In this document: one piece after another, positions 36,997 to 52,500 of the stretch
Layout: each line of letters starts with the position of its first letter
How positions within the stretch are numbered: position 1 is the stretch's first letter
NCBI GenBank assembly: GCA_025594325.1
Contig: JANHCV010000017.1
Location: forward strand, 186,001-250,000
From: Blastocladiella emersonii ATCC 22665
Taxonomy: Eukaryota > Fungi > Blastocladiomycota
Reading direction: 5' to 3'
DNA: 64,000 nt
Translations under genes and position numbers: made by a program
The notes under the pieces: model-generated
What the model was told of the DNA's origin: nothing
The model's input: only the letters and a program-made list of their open reading frames with translations
Database searches by the model: none

Positions 36997-39900
36997 GTGA
37001 CCAAGTGACCAAGTGACCAAGTGACCAAGGTGACCAAGGTGACCAAGGTGACCAAGGTGACCAAGGTGACCAAGTGACACACAAGCACCAAGCTAGGGTG
37101 GCCGGGCGGCCATGGAACGTACTGCATGGGAACCATTACCGTGGACTGGCCGCGGCCATTTATCGCAGCACAGCCCTGCCTGGCTCAGGACGCGGCGGGC
37201 GTGGGAGGCAGGCAGGGTAGATCGGTAGCAGCAGCAGGACCTGGCTAGCTGGCTGTCAAACAACACAAGTGAAGGGGTGCGTGAGGGAGGGTGTGTTGAA
37301 TGAATGGATGGGTGGATGCAGGCAGAGAGAGACCTTCATACGTGTCGTGGGTGATGAGGATTGGTTGGCCACCATCCACCAACGCCATGGCATGGCTGCG
37401 GGTGTCGCTGCGTGCGCCTTGGCGGGTGGTGTTGGTGGGTGGGTGGTCTTGGTGGGTGCTGTGGTGGTAGTGGAGCTAGAGTGGTGCCGTGGGGCTCTTG
37501 GGGTCCCCTTTCCTTCCTGTCTGGCCTAGGTGGGTCGGCGGACGCAGCGCGCATGCGGGCAAGGTAACAACATTGCTCACGCAATGGATCATGTATTTTA
37601 TGGCAAGTAGTCTGCGAAGCAGAGACGGGGATGTCCGGCCCAATCGGACCCTCCACGGATCACAATATGCACGCAATGAATTGACTGATGATAGGGATGT
37701 ACCAAACCAGCCACGTAGACAATTGTCGTGGTTGTCGAACAAAACCATATTCAAATCTTTGGCAACGCGCCTGTCCAGCTAGCCAGGGACCCATGAATCA
37801 CAGTATCGACCCAACAAGATATTAGACCATGGTAATATAGTAAACCAACCTCGTACATAATTGTCATGGTACTCAAACAAAACCATATTCAAGTCTTTGC
37901 TTTCCCGCATATCCAGCTGGCCAGGGACCCATAAATCACAGTATCGAACGAACAAGATATCTTACCATGGAAATATAGTTAACCAGCCACGCGGACAATT
38001 GTCATGGTACTCAATCGAGACCACATTCAAGTCTTTGCTCTCCCGCATGTCAAGCTGGTTGAAGGCCCATTAATCACAGTATCGACCCAACAAGATATTT
38101 GACCATGGAAACATAGTAAACCAGCCACGCGGATAATTGTCATGGTACTCAATCAAAACCATATTCATATTTTTGCTTCCCCGTATGTCAAGCTGGTTGA
38201 AGACCCATAACTCACAGTATCGACCCAACAAGATATTTGACCATGGAAACATAGTAAACCAGCCACGCGGATAATTGTCATGGTACTCAATCAAAACCAT
38301 ATTCATATTTTTGCTTCCCCGCATGTCAAGCTGGTTGAAGACCCATAAATCACAGTATCGAACCAACAAAATATCTGACCATGGAAATATAGTTAACCAG
38401 CCACGCGGACAATTGTCATGGTACTCAATCGAAACCACATTCAAGTCTTTGCTCTCCCGCATGTCAAGCTGGTTGAAGGCCCATTAATCACAGTATCGAC
38501 CCAACAAGATATTTGACCATGGAAACATAGTAAACCAGCCACGCGGATAATTGTCATGGTACTCAATCAAAACCATATTCAAGTCTTTGCTTTCCCGCAC
38601 GTCCAGCTGGTTGAAGGCCCATAAATCACAGTATCGACCCAACAAGATATTTGACCACGGAAATATAGTAAACCAGCCACGCGGATAATTGTCATGGTAC
38701 TCAATCAAAACCATATTCAAGTCTTTGCTTTCCCGCACGTCCAGCTGGTTGAAGGCCCATAAATCACAGTATCGACCCAACAAAGTATCTGACAACCGAA
38801 ATATAGCAGACAATCCACGCAGACAATTGTCATGCCACCTAATCAAAACCATATTCAAGTCTTTGCTTTCCCACATGTCAAGCTGGTTGAAGGCCCATAA
38901 ATCACAGTATCGAACCAACGAAATATCTGACCATGGAAATATAGTAAAGCAGCCACGCAGATAATTGTCATGGTACTTAATCAAAACCATATTCATATTT
39001 TTGCTTCCCCGCATGTCAAGCTGGTTGAAGGCCCATAAATCACAGTATCGAACGAACAAGATATCTTACCATGGAAATATAGTTAACCAGCCACGCAAAT
39101 GATTGTCATGCCACTTAATCAAAACCATACTCAAATGGTCGATTACCCTCACGTCCAAGCGGCCAAGGACCCAAACCGCCAGATACCCAAATCTACGACC
39201 ACGTTGCGCACACTCCACTAGCCAACTCTTCGATCCCCTAATTATGGAGCCCGTCGTCAAAGTCCACGGTCCAATCAACGAGGTAAACAGCGAACTTGTC
39301 AAACTGCCAACCTGCCAACCAAACACCCACGCCGCTTCTCAAGCCACGGTGGGCCCGCGCATTTGCGTTGCCGTCCCAGCCAACGAAGGAATGACTGATG
39401 AGCCCTGGTAGCCTGCTAGACTGACAGCCTGACAGCGCCCGCTCAGTTGCTATTATCTATCTCGTAGGTAGTCTGGGAGGAGTTCGTTAGTCGATACGCG
39501 ACCAGTCTCCTCCTGGCTGCCCGCTCTGCTGCCATCTCCAAGGCCCGCATGAAGATGGGCCAGGGAGGTTTACGAGCATTTCCTATCTCTCCTCTCTCCG
39601 TGTGAAACCATTCACCCGCGGACGGATGCGCACCACGCACCGTGCACCGCGCACCGCGCACCGCGCACCGCGCACCGTGCACCGCGCACCGCGCACCGCG
39701 CACAGCGCACCGCGGACAGCGCCCGATGCACCACACGCTGCGCACACGGCGCCAACGGCCACGCTGGTGTCACGCACACACACTCGCATGAACGGCAAGC
39801 AGGCAAGGCTTCCTCAACTCAACCATGATCCATCGTCCATGTCTGCTCGCTCCAACGGGTGCGCCTGCCTACCCTCCCAGTGCCATCGATTGATTGATTC

Positions 39901-40203
39901 ATGTCCAGTGCTGCCCATGCTTTCATGGCCGCGGGGTCCGTCAGAACGCCTTGCAATGCGTGCGCCTGCATGCACCTGCACTGCAGAGCGCTGCAGAGGG
40001 CTGCACAGCGCTGCGGAGGGCTGCAGAGGGCTAAGGCGGCAGGGCTTCTCCTCCTGCAGGGGACAGTACCAAGGCCAAGGAGTGCTAGTGACTACTAACG
40101 GAATGGTGATTGGCCCCCTTCACACGCTCCTGGCAGGACTGCGTGTGGGCGTGCGGGCGTTTGTGCGTGCGTGCCTTGATTCGTCCACCATCATACGCGC
40201 AAA
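36997..40203. repeat. Unit U14, 3207 bp; 10 monomers (extra G/F chimera at 38551-38688)
   Basis: 191-aa minus-strand ORF 38484-39059; J at 39103. Confidence 0.92.
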
Positions 40204-43200
40204 GTGACCAAGTGACCAAGTGACCAAGTGACCAAGGTGACCAAGGTGACCAAGGTGACCAAGGTGACCAAGGTGACCAAGTGACACACAAGCACCAAGC
40301 TAGGGTGGCCGGGCGGCCATGGAACGTACTGCATGGGAACCATTACCGTGGACTGGCCGCGGCCATTTATCGCAGCACAGCCCTGCCTGGCTCAGGACGC
40401 GGCGGGCGTGGGAGGCAGGCAGGGTAGATCGGTAGCAGCAGCAGGACCTGGCTAGCTGGCTGTCAAACAACACAAGTGAAGGGGTGCGTGAGGGAGGGTG
40501 TGTTGAATGAATGGATGGGTGGATGCAGGCAGAGAGAGACCTTCATACGTGTCGTGGGTGATGAGGATTGGTTGGCCACCATCCACCAACGCCATGGCAT
40601 GGCTGCGGGTGTCGCTGCGTGCGCCTTGGCGGGTGGTGTTGGTGGGTGGGTGGTCTTGGTGGGTGCTGTGGTGGTAGTGGAGCTAGAGTGGTGCCGTGGG
40701 GCTCTTGGGGTCCCCTTTCCTTCCTGTCTGGCCTAGGTGGGTCGGCGGACGCAGCGCGCATGCGGGCAAGGTAACAACATTGCTCACGCAATGGATCATG
40801 TATTTTATGGCAAGTAGTCTGCGAAGCAGAGACGGGGATGTCCGGCCCAATCGGACCCTCCACGGATCACAATATGCACGCAATGAATTGACTGATGATA
40901 GGGATGTACCAAACCAGCCACGTAGACAATTGTCGTGGTTGTCGAACAAAACCATATTCAAATCTTTGGCAACGCGCCTGTCCAGCTAGCCAGGGACCCA
41001 TGAATCACAGTATCGACCCAACAAGATACTAGACCATGGTAATATAGTAAACCAACCTCGTACATAATTGTCATGGTACTCAAACAAAACCATATTCAAG
41101 TCTTTGCTTTCCCGCATATCCAGCTGGCCAGGGACCCATAAATCACAGTATCGAACGAACAAGATATCTTACCATGGAAATATAGTTAACCAGCCACGCG
41201 GACAATTGTCATGGTACTCAATCGAGACCACATTCAAGTCTTTGCTCTCCCGCATGTCAAGCTGGTTGAAGGCCCATTAATCACAGTATCGACCCAACAA
41301 GATATTTGACCATGGAAACATAGTAAACCAGCCACGCGGATAATTGTCATGGTACTCAATCAAAACCATATTCATATTTTTGCTTCCCCGTATGTCAAGC
41401 TGGTTGAAGACCCATAACTCACAGTATCGACCCAACAAGATATTTGACCATGGAAACATAGTAAACCAGCCACGCGGATAATTGTCATGGTACTCAATCA
41501 AAACCATATTCATATTTTTGCTTCCCCGCATGTCAAGCTGGTTGAAGACCCATAAATCACAGTATCGAACCAACAAAATATCTGACCATGGAAATATAGT
41601 TAACCAGCCACGCGGACAATTGTCATGGTACTCAATCGAAACCACATTCAAGTCTTTGCTCTCCCGCATGTCAAGCTGGTTGAAGGCCCATAAATCACAG
41701 TATCGACCCAACAAGATATTTGACCATGGAAATATAGTAAACCAGCCACGCGGATAATTGTCATGGTACTCAATCAAAACCATATTCAAGTCTTTGCTTT
41801 CCCGCACGTCCAGCTGGTTGAAGGCCCATAAATCACAGTATCGACCCAACAAAGTATCTGACAACCGAAATATAGCAGACAATCCACGCAGACAATTGTC
41901 ATGCCACCTAATCAAAACCATATTCAAGTCTTTGCTTTCCCACATGTCAAGCTGGTTGAAGGCCCATAAATCACAGTATCGAACCAACGAAATATCTGAC
42001 CATGGAGATATAGTAAAGCAGCCACGCAGATAATTGTCATGGTACTTAATCAAAACCATATTCATATTTTTGCTTCCCCGCATGTCAAGCTGGTTGAAGG
42101 CCCATAAATCACAGTATCGAACGAACAAGATATCTTACCATGGAAATATAGTTAACCAGCCACGCAAATGATTGTCATGCCACTTAATCAAAACCATACT
42201 CAAATGGTCGATTACCCTCACGTCCAAGCGGCCAAGGACCCAAACCGCCAGATACCCAAATCTACGACCACGTTGCGCACACTCCACTAGCCAACTCTTC
42301 GATCCCCTAATTATGGAGCCCGTCGTCAAAGTCCACGGTCCAATCAACGAGGTAAACAGCGAACTTGTCAAACTGCCAACCTGCCAACCAAACACCCACG
42401 CCGCTTCTCAAGCCACGGTGGGCCCGCGCATTTGCGTTGCCGTCCCAGCCAACGAAGGAATGACTGATGAGCCCTGGTAGCCTGCTAGACTGACAGCCTG
42501 ACAGCGCCCGCTCAGTTGCTATTATCTATCTCGTAGGTAGTCTGGGAGGAGTTCGTTAGTCGATACGCGACCAGTCTCCTCCTGGCTGCCCGCTCTGCTG
42601 CCATCTCCAAGGCCCGCATGAAGATGGGCCAGGGAGGTTTACGAGCATTTCCTATCTCTCCTCTCTCCGTGTGAAACCATTCACCCGCGGACGGATGCGC
42701 ACCACGCACCGTGCACCGCGCACCGCGCACCGCGCACCGCGCACCGTGCACCGCGCACCGCGCACCGCGCACAGCGCACCGCGGACAGCGCCCGATGCAC
42801 CACACGCTGCGCACACGGCGCCAACGGCCACGCTGGTGTCACGCACACACACTCGCATGAACGGCAAGCAGGCAAGGCTTCCTCAACTCAACCATGATCC
42901 ATCGTCCATGTCTGCTCGCTCCAACGGGTGCGCCTGCCTACCCTCCCAGTGCCATCGATTGATTGATTCATGTCCAGTGCTGCCCATGCTTTCATGGCCG
43001 CGGGGTCCGTCAGAACGCCTTGCAATGCGTGCGCCTGCATGCACCTGCACTGCAGAGCGCTGCAGAGGGCTGCACAGCGCTGCGGAGGGCTGCAGAGGGC
43101 TAAGGCGGCAGGGCTTCTCCTCCTGCAGGGGACAGTACCAAGGCCAAGGAGTGCTAGTGACTACTAACGGAATGGTGATTGGCCCCCTTCACACGCTCCT

Positions 43201-43272
43201 GGCAGGACTGCGTGTGGGCGTGCGGGCGTTTGTGCGTGCGTGCCTTGATTCGTCCACCATCATACGCGCAAA
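40204..43272. repeat. Unit U15, 3069 bp; 9 monomers (F open), private SNP at 42007
   Basis: 283-aa ORF 41277-42128 with TISPW instead of TIFPW. Confidence 0.92.
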
Positions 43273-46200
43273 GTGACCAAGTGACCAAGTGACCAAGTGA
43301 CCAAGGTGACCAAGGTGACCAAGGTGACCAAGGTGACCAAGGTGACCAAGTGACACACAAGCACCAAGCTAGGGTGGCCGGGCGGCCATGGAACGTACTG
43401 CATGGGAACCATTACCGTGGACTGGCCGCGGCCATTTATCGCAGCACAGCCCTGCCTGGCTCAGGACGCGGCGGGCGTGGGAGGCAGGCAGGGTAGATCG
43501 GTAGCAGCAGCAGGACCTGGCTAGCTGGCTGTCAAACAACACAAGTGAAGGGGTGCGTGAGGGAGGGTGTGTTGAATGAATGGATGGGTGGATGCAGGCA
43601 GAGAGAGACCTTCATACGTGTCGTGGGTGATGAGGATTGGTTGGCCACCATCCACCAACGCCATGGCATGGCTGCGGGTGTCGCTGCGTGCGCCTTGGCG
43701 GGTGGTGTTGGTGGGTGGGTGGTCTTGGTGGGTGCTGTGGTGGTAGTGGAGCTAGAGTGGTGCCGTGGGGCTCTTGGGGTCCCCTTTCCTTCCTGTCTGG
43801 CCTAGGTGGGTCGGCGGACGCAGCGCGCATGCGGGCAAGGTAACAACATTGCTCACGCAATGGATCATGTATTTTATGGCAAGTAGTCTGCGAAGCAGAG
43901 ACGGGGATGTCCGGCCCAATCGGACCCTCCACGGATCACAATATGCACGCAATGAATTGACTGATGATAGGGATGTACCAAACCAGCCACGTAGACAATT
44001 GTCGTGGTTGTCGAACAAAACCATATTCAAATCTTTGGCAACGCGCCTGTCCAGCTAGCCAGGGACCCATGAATCACAGTATCGACCCAACAAGATATTA
44101 GACCATGGTAATATAGTAAACCAACCTCGTACATAATTGTCATGGTACTCAAACAAAACCATATTCAAGTCTTTGCTTTCCCGCATATCCAGCTGGCCAG
44201 GGACCCATAAATCACAGTATCGAACGAACAAGATATCTTACCATGGAAATATAGTTAACCAGCCACGCGGACAATTGTCATGGTACTCAATCGAGACCAC
44301 ATTCAAGTCTTTGCTCTCCCGCATGTCAAGCTGGTTGAAGGCCCATTAATCACAGTATCGACCCAACAAGATATTTGACCATGGAAACATAGTAAACCAG
44401 CCACGCGGATAATTGTCATGGTACTCAATCAAAACCATATTCATATTTTTGCTTCCCCGTATGTCAAGCTGGTTGAAGACCCATAACTCACAGTATCGAC
44501 CCAACAAGATATTTGACCATGGAAACATAGTAAACCAGCCACGCGGATAATTGTCATGGTACTCAATCAAAACCATATTCATATTTTTGCTTCCCCGCAT
44601 GTCAAGCTGGTTGAAGACCCATAAATCACAGTATCGAACCAACAAAATATCTGACCATGGAAATATAGTTAACCAGCCACGCGGACAATTGTCATGGTAC
44701 TCAATCGAAACCACATTCAAGTCTTTGCTCTCCCGCATGTCAAGCTGGTTGAAGGCCCATTAATCACAGTATCGACCCAACAAGATATTTGACCATGGAA
44801 ACATAGTAAACCAGCCACGCGGATAATTGTCATGGTACTCAATCAAAACCATATTCAAGTCTTTGCTTTCCCGCACGTCCAGCTGGTTGAAGGCCCATAA
44901 ATCACAGTATCGACCCAACAAAGTATCTGACAACCGAAATATAGCAGACAATCCACGCAGACAATTGTCATGCCACCTAATCAAAACCATATTCAAGTCT
45001 TTGCTTTCCCACATGTCAAGCTGGTTGAAGGCCCATAAATCACAGTATCGAACCAACGAAATATCTGACCATGGAAATATAGTAAAGCAGCCACGCAGAT
45101 AATTGTCATGGTACTTAATCAAAACCATATTCATATTTTTGCTTCCCCGCATGTCAAGCTGGTTGAAGGCCCATAAATCACAGTATCGAACGAACAAGAT
45201 ATCTTACCATGGAAATATAGTTAACCAGCCACGCAAATGATTGTCATGCCACTTAATCAAAACCATACTCAAATGGTCGATTACCCTCACGTCCAAGCGG
45301 CCAAGGACCCAAACCGCCAGATACCCAAATCTACGACCACGTTGCGCACACTCCACTAGCCAACTCTTCGATCCCCTAATTATGGAGCCCGTCGTCAAAG
45401 TCCACGGTCCAATCAACGAGGTAAACAGCGAACTTGTCAAACTGCCAACCTGCCAACCAAACACCCACGCCGCTTCTCAAGCCACGGTGGGCCCGCGCAT
45501 TTGCGTTGCCGTCCCAGCCAACGAAGGAATGACTGATGAGCCCTGGTAGCCTGCTAGACTGACAGCCTGACAGCGCCCGCTCAGTTGCTATTATCTATCT
45601 CGTAGGTAGTCTGGGAGGAGTTCGTTAGTCGATACGCGACCAGTCTCCTCCTGGCTGCCCGCTCTGCTGCCATCTCCAAGGCCCGCATGAAGATGGGCCA
45701 GGGAGGTTTACGAGCATTTCCTATCTCTCCTCTCTCCGTGTGAAACCATTCACCCGCGGACGGATGCGCACCACGCACCGTGCACCGCGCACCGCGCACC
45801 GCGCACCGCGCACCGTGCACCGCGCACCGCGCACCGCGCACAGCGCACCGCGGACAGCGCCCGATGCACCACACGCTGCGCACACGGCGCCAACGGCCAC
45901 GCTGGTGTCACGCACACACACTCGCATGAACGGCAAGCAGGCAAGGCTTCCTCAACTCAACCATGATCCATCGTCCATGTCTGCTCGCTCCAACGGGTGC
46001 GCCTGCCTACCCTCCCAGTGCCATCGATTGATTGATTCATGTCCAGTGCTGCCCATGCTTTCATGGCCGCGGGGTCCGTCAGAACGCCTTGCAATGCGTG
46101 CGCCTGCATGCACCTGCACTGCAGAGCGCTGCAGAGGGCTGCACAGCGCTGCGGAGGGCTGCAGAGGGCTAAGGCGGCAGGGCTTCTCCTCCTGCAGGGG

Positions 46201-46341
46201 ACAGTACCAAGGCCAAGGAGTGCTAGTGACTACTAACGGAATGGTGATTGGCCCCCTTCACACGCTCCTGGCAGGACTGCGTGTGGGCGTGCGGGCGTTT
46301 GTGCGTGCGTGCCTTGATTCGTCCACCATCATACGCGCAAA
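43273..46341. repeat. Unit U16, 3069 bp; 9 monomers (F^)
   Basis: 130 + 145 aa split ORFs; J at 45241. Confidence 0.93.
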
Positions 46342-49300
46342 GTGACCAAGTGACCAAGTGACCAAGTGACCAAGGTGACCAAGGTGACCAAGGTGACCAA
46401 GGTGACCAAGGTGACCAAGTGACACACAAGCACCAAGCTAGGGTGGCCGGGCGGCCATGGAACGTACTGCATGGGAACCATTACCGTGGACTGGCCGCGG
46501 CCATTTATCGCAGCACAGCCCTGCCTGGCTCAGGACGCGGCGGGCGTGGGAGGCAGGCAGGGTAGATCGGTAGCAGCAGCAGGACCTGGCTAGCTGGCTG
46601 TCAAACAACACAAGTGAAGGGGTGCGTGAGGGAGGGTGTGTTGAATGAATGGATGGGTGGATGCAGGCAGAGAGAGACCTTCATACGTGTCGTGGGTGAT
46701 GAGGATTGGTTGGCCACCATCCACCAACGCCATGGCATGGCTGCGGGTGTCGCTGCGTGCGCCTTGGCGGGTGGTGTTGGTGGGTGGGTGGTCTTGGTGG
46801 GTGCTGTGGTGGTAGTGGAGCTAGAGTGGTGCCGTGGGGCTCTTGGGGTCCCCTTTCCTTCCTGTCTGGCCTAGGTGGGTCGGCGGACGCAGCGCGCATG
46901 CGGGCAAGGTAACAACATTGCTCACGCAATGGATCATGTATTTTATGGCAAGTAGTCTGCGAAGCAGAGACGGGGATGTCCGGCCCAATCGGACCCTCCA
47001 CGGATCACAATATGCACGCAATGAATTGACTGATGATAGGGATGTACCAAACCAGCCACGTAGACAATTGTCGTGGTTGTCGAACAAAACCATATTCAAA
47101 TCTTTGGCAACGCGCCTGTCCAGCTAGCCAGGGACCCATGAATCACAGTATCGACCCAACAAGATATTAGACCATGGTAATATAGTAAACCAACCTCGTA
47201 CATAATTGTCATGGTACTCAAACAAAACCATATTCAAGTCTTTGCTTTCCCGCATATCCAGCTGGCCAGGGACCCATGAATCACAGTATCGACCCAACAA
47301 GATATTAGACCATGGTAATATAGTAAACCAACCTCGTACATAATTGTCATGGTACTCAAACAAAACCATATTCAAGTCTTTGCTTTCCCGCATATCCAGC
47401 TGGCCAGGGACCCATAAATCACAGTATCGAACGAACAAGATATCTTACCATGGAAATATAGTTAACCAGCCACGCGGACAATTGTCATGGTACTCAATCG
47501 AGACCACATTCAAGTCTTTGCTCTCCCGCATGTCAAGCTGGTTGAAGGCCCATTAATCACAGTATCGACCCAACAAGATATTTGACCATGGAAACATAGT
47601 AAACCAGCCACGCGGATAATTGTCATGGTACTCAATCAAAACCATATTCATATTTTTGCTTCCCCGTATGTCAAGCTGGTTGAAGACCCATAACTCACAG
47701 TATCGACCCAACAAGATATTTGACCATGGAAACATAGTAAACCAGCCACGCGGATAATTGTCATGGTACTCAATCAAAACCATATTCATATTTTTGCTTC
47801 CCCGCATGTCAAGCTGGTTGAAGACCCATAAATCACAGTATCGAACCAACAAAATATCTGACCATGGAAATATAGTTAACCAGCCACGCGGACAATTGTC
47901 ATGGTACTCAATCGAAACCACATTCAAGTCTTTGCTCTCCCGCATGTCAAGCTGGTTGAAGGCCCATTAATCACAGTATCGACCCAACAAGATATTTGAC
48001 CATGGAAACATAGTAAACCAGCCACGCGGATAATTGTCATGGTACTCAATCAAAACCATATTCAAGTCTTTGCTTTCCCGCACGTCCAGCTGGTTGAAGG
48101 CCCATAAATCACAGTATCGACCCAACAAAGTATCTGACAACCGAAATATAGCAGACAATCCACGCAGACAATTGTCATGCCACCTAATCAAAACCATATT
48201 CAAGTCTTTGCTTTCCCACATGTCAAGCTGGTTGAAGGCCCATAAATCACAGTATCGAACCAACGAAATATCTGACCATGGAAATATAGTAAAGCAGCCA
48301 CGCAGATAATTGTCATGGTACTTAATCAAAACCATATTCATATTTTTGCTTCCCCGCATGTCAAGCTGGTTGAAGGCCCATAAATCACAGTATCGAACGA
48401 ACAAGATATCTTACCATGGAAATATAGTTAACCAGCCACGCAAATGATTGTCATGCCACTTAATCAAAACCATACTCAAATGGTCGATTACCCTCACGTC
48501 CAAGCGGCCAAGGACCCAAACCGCCAGATACCCAAATCTACGACCACGTTGCGCACACTCCACTAGCCAACTCTTCGATCCCCTAATTATGGAGCCCGTC
48601 GTCAAAGTCCACGGTCCAATCAACGAGGTAAACAGCGAACTTGTCAAACTGCCAACCTGCCAACCAAACACCCACGCCGCTTCTCAAGCCACGGTGGGCC
48701 CGCGCATTTGCGTTGCCGTCCCAGCCAACGAAGGAATGACTGATGAGCCCTGGTAGCCTGCTAGACTGACAGCCTGACAGCGCCCGCTCAGTTGCTATTA
48801 TCTATCTCGTAGGTAGTCTGGGAGGAGTTCGTTAGTCGATACGCGACCAGTCTCCTCCTGGCTGCCCGCTCTGCTGCCATCTCCAAGGCCCGCATGAAGA
48901 TGGGCCAGGGAGGTTTACGAGCATTTCCTATCTCTCCTCTCTCCGTGTGAAACCATTCACCCGCGGACGGATGCGCACCACGCACCGTGCACCGCGCACC
49001 GCGCACCGCGCACCGCGCACCGTGCACCGCGCACCGCGCACCGCGCACAGCGCACCGCGGACAGCGCCCGATGCACCACACGCTGCGCACACGGCGCCAA
49101 CGGCCACGCTGGTGTCACGCACACACACTCGCATGAACGGCAAGCAGGCAAGGCTTCCTCAACTCAACCATGATCCATCGTCCATGTCTGCTCGCTCCAA
49201 CGGGTGCGCCTGCCTACCCTCCCAGTGCCATCGATTGATTGATTCATGTCCAGTGCTGCCCATGCTTTCATGGCCGCGGGGTCCGTCAGAACGCCTTGCA

Positions 49301-49548
49301 ATGCGTGCGCCTGCATGCACCTGCACTGCAGAGCGCTGCAGAGGGCTGCACAGCGCTGCGGAGGGCTGCAGAGGGCTAAGGCGGCAGGGCTTCTCCTCCT
49401 GCAGGGGACAGTACCAAGGCCAAGGAGTGCTAGTGACTACTAACGGAATGGTGATTGGCCCCCTTCACACGCTCCTGGCAGGACTGCGTGTGGGCGTGCG
49501 GGCGTTTGTGCGTGCGTGCCTTGATTCGTCCACCATCATACGCGCAAA
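46342..49548. repeat. Unit U17, 3207 bp; 10 monomers (extra B/A chimera at 47206-47343)
   Basis: Unique 104-aa minus-strand ORF 47124-47438 containing a duplicated 46-aa block. Confidence 0.92.
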
Positions 49549-52500
49549 GTGACCAAGTGACCAAGTGACCAAGTGACCAAGGTGACCAAGGTGACCAAGG
49601 TGACCAAGGTGACCAAGGTGACCAAGTGACACACAAGCACCAAGCTAGGGTGGCCGGGCGGCCATGGAACGTACTGCATGGGAACCATTACCGTGGACTG
49701 GCCGCGGCCATTTATCGCAGCACAGCCCTGCCTGGCTCAGGACGCGGCGGGCGTGGGAGGCAGGCAGGGTAGATCGGTAGCAGCAGCAGGACCTGGCTAG
49801 CTGGCTGTCAAACAACACAAGTGAAGGGGTGCGTGAGGGAGGGTGTGTTGAATGAATGGATGGGTGGATGCAGGCAGAGAGAGACCTTCATACGTGTCGT
49901 GGGTGATGAGGATTGGTTGGCCACCATCCACCAACGCCATGGCATGGCTGCGGGTGTCGCTGCGTGCGCCTTGGCGGGTGGTGTTGGTGGGTGGGTGGTC
50001 TTGGTGGGTGCTGTGGTGGTAGTGGAGCTAGAGTGGTGCCGTGGGGCTCTTGGGGTCCCCTTTCCTTCCTGTCTGGCCTAGGTGGGTCGGCGGACGCAGC
50101 GCGCATGCGGGCAAGGTAACAACATTGCTCACGCAATGGATCATGTATTTTATGGCAAGTAGTCTGCGAAGCAGAGACGGGGATGTCCGGCCCAATCGGA
50201 CCCTCCACGGATCACAATATGCACGCAATGAATTGACTGATGATAGGGATGTACCAAACCAGCCACGTAGACAATTGTCGTGGTTGTCGAACAAAACCAT
50301 ATTCAAATCTTTGGCAACGCGCCTGTCCAGCTAGCCAGGGACCCATGAATCACAGTATCGACCCAACAAGATATTAGACCATGGTAATATAGTAAACCAA
50401 CCTCGTACATAATTGTCATGGTACTCAAACAAAACCATATTCAAGTCTTTGCTTTCCCGCATATCCAGCTGGCCAGGGACCCATAAATCACAGTATCGAA
50501 CGAACAAGATATCTTACCATGGAAATATAGTTAACCAGCCACGCGGACAATTGTCATGGTACTCAATCGAGACCACATTCAAGTCTTTGCTCTCCCGCAT
50601 GTCAAGCTGGTTGAAGGCCCATTAATCACAGTATCGACCCAACAAGATATTTGACCATGGAAACATAGTAAACCAGCCACGCGGATAATTGTCATGGTAC
50701 TCAATCAAAACCATATTCATATTTTTGCTTCCCCGTATGTCAAGCTGGTTGAAGACCCATAACTCACAGTATCGACCCAACAAGATATTTGACCATGGAA
50801 ACATAGTAAACCAGCCACGCGGATAATTGTCATGGTACTCAATCAAAACCATATTCATATTTTTGCTTCCCCGCATGTCAAGCTGGTTGAAGACCCATAA
50901 ATCACAGTATCGAACCAACAAAATATCTGACCATGGAAATATAGTTAACCAGCCACGCGGACAATTGTCATGGTACTCAATCGAAACCACATTCAAGTCT
51001 TTGCTCTCCCGCATGTCAAGCTGGTTGAAGGCCCATTAATCACAGTATCGACCCAACAAGATATTTGACCATGGAAACATAGTAAACCAGCCACGCGGAT
51101 AATTGTCATGGTACTCAATCAAAACCATATTCAAGTCTTTGCTTTCCCGCACGTCCAGCTGGTTGAAGGCCCATAAATCACAGTATCGACCCAACAAAGT
51201 ATCTGACAACCGAAATATAGCAGACAATCCACGCAGACAATTGTCATGCCACCTAATCAAAACCATATTCAAGTCTTTGCTTTCCCACATGTCAAGCTGG
51301 TTGAAGGCCCATAAATCACAGTATCGAACCAACGAAATATCTGACCATGGAAATATAGTAAAGCAGCCACGCAGATAATTGTCATGGTACTTAATCAAAA
51401 CCATATTCATATTTTTGCTTCCCCGCATGTCAAGCTGGTTGAAGGCCCATAAATCACAGTATCGAACGAACAAGATATCTTACCATGGAAATATAGTTAA
51501 CCAGCCACGCAAATGATTGTCATGCCACTTAATCAAAACCATACTCAAATGGTCGATTACCCTCACGTCCAAGCGGCCAAGGACCCAAACCGCCAGATAC
51601 CCAAATCTACGACCACGTTGCGCACACTCCACTAGCCAACTCTTCGATCCCCTAATTATGGAGCCCGTCGTCAAAGTCCACGGTCCAATCAACGAGGTAA
51701 ACAGCGAACTTGTCAAACTGCCAACCTGCCAACCAAACACCCACGCCGCTTCTCAAGCCACGGTGGGCCCGCGCATTTGCGTTGCCGTCCCAGCCAACGA
51801 AGGAATGACTGATGAGCCCTGGTAGCCTGCTAGACTGACAGCCTGACAGCGCCCGCTCAGTTGCTATTATCTATCTCGTAGGTAGTCTGGGAGGAGTTCG
51901 TTAGTCGATACGCGACCAGTCTCCTCCTGGCTGCCCGCTCTGCTGCCATCTCCAAGGCCCGCATGAAGATGGGCCAGGGAGGTTTACGAGCATTTCCTAT
52001 CTCTCCTCTCTCCGTGTGAAACCATTCACCCGCGGACGGATGCGCACCACGCACCGTGCACCGCGCACCGCGCACCGCGCACCGCGCACCGTGCACCGCG
52101 CACCGCGCACCGCGCACAGCGCACCGCGGACAGCGCCCGATGCACCACACGCTGCGCACACGGCGCCAACGGCCACGCTGGTGTCACGCACACACACTCG
52201 CATGAACGGCAAGCAGGCAAGGCTTCCTCAACTCAACCATGATCCATCGTCCATGTCTGCTCGCTCCAACGGGTGCGCCTGCCTACCCTCCCAGTGCCAT
52301 CGATTGATTGATTCATGTCCAGTGCTGCCCATGCTTTCATGGCCGCGGGGTCCGTCAGAACGCCTTGCAATGCGTGCGCCTGCATGCACCTGCACTGCAG
52401 AGCGCTGCAGAGGGCTGCACAGCGCTGCGGAGGGCTGCAGAGGGCTAAGGCGGCAGGGCTTCTCCTCCTGCAGGGGACAGTACCAAGGCCAAGGAGTGCT

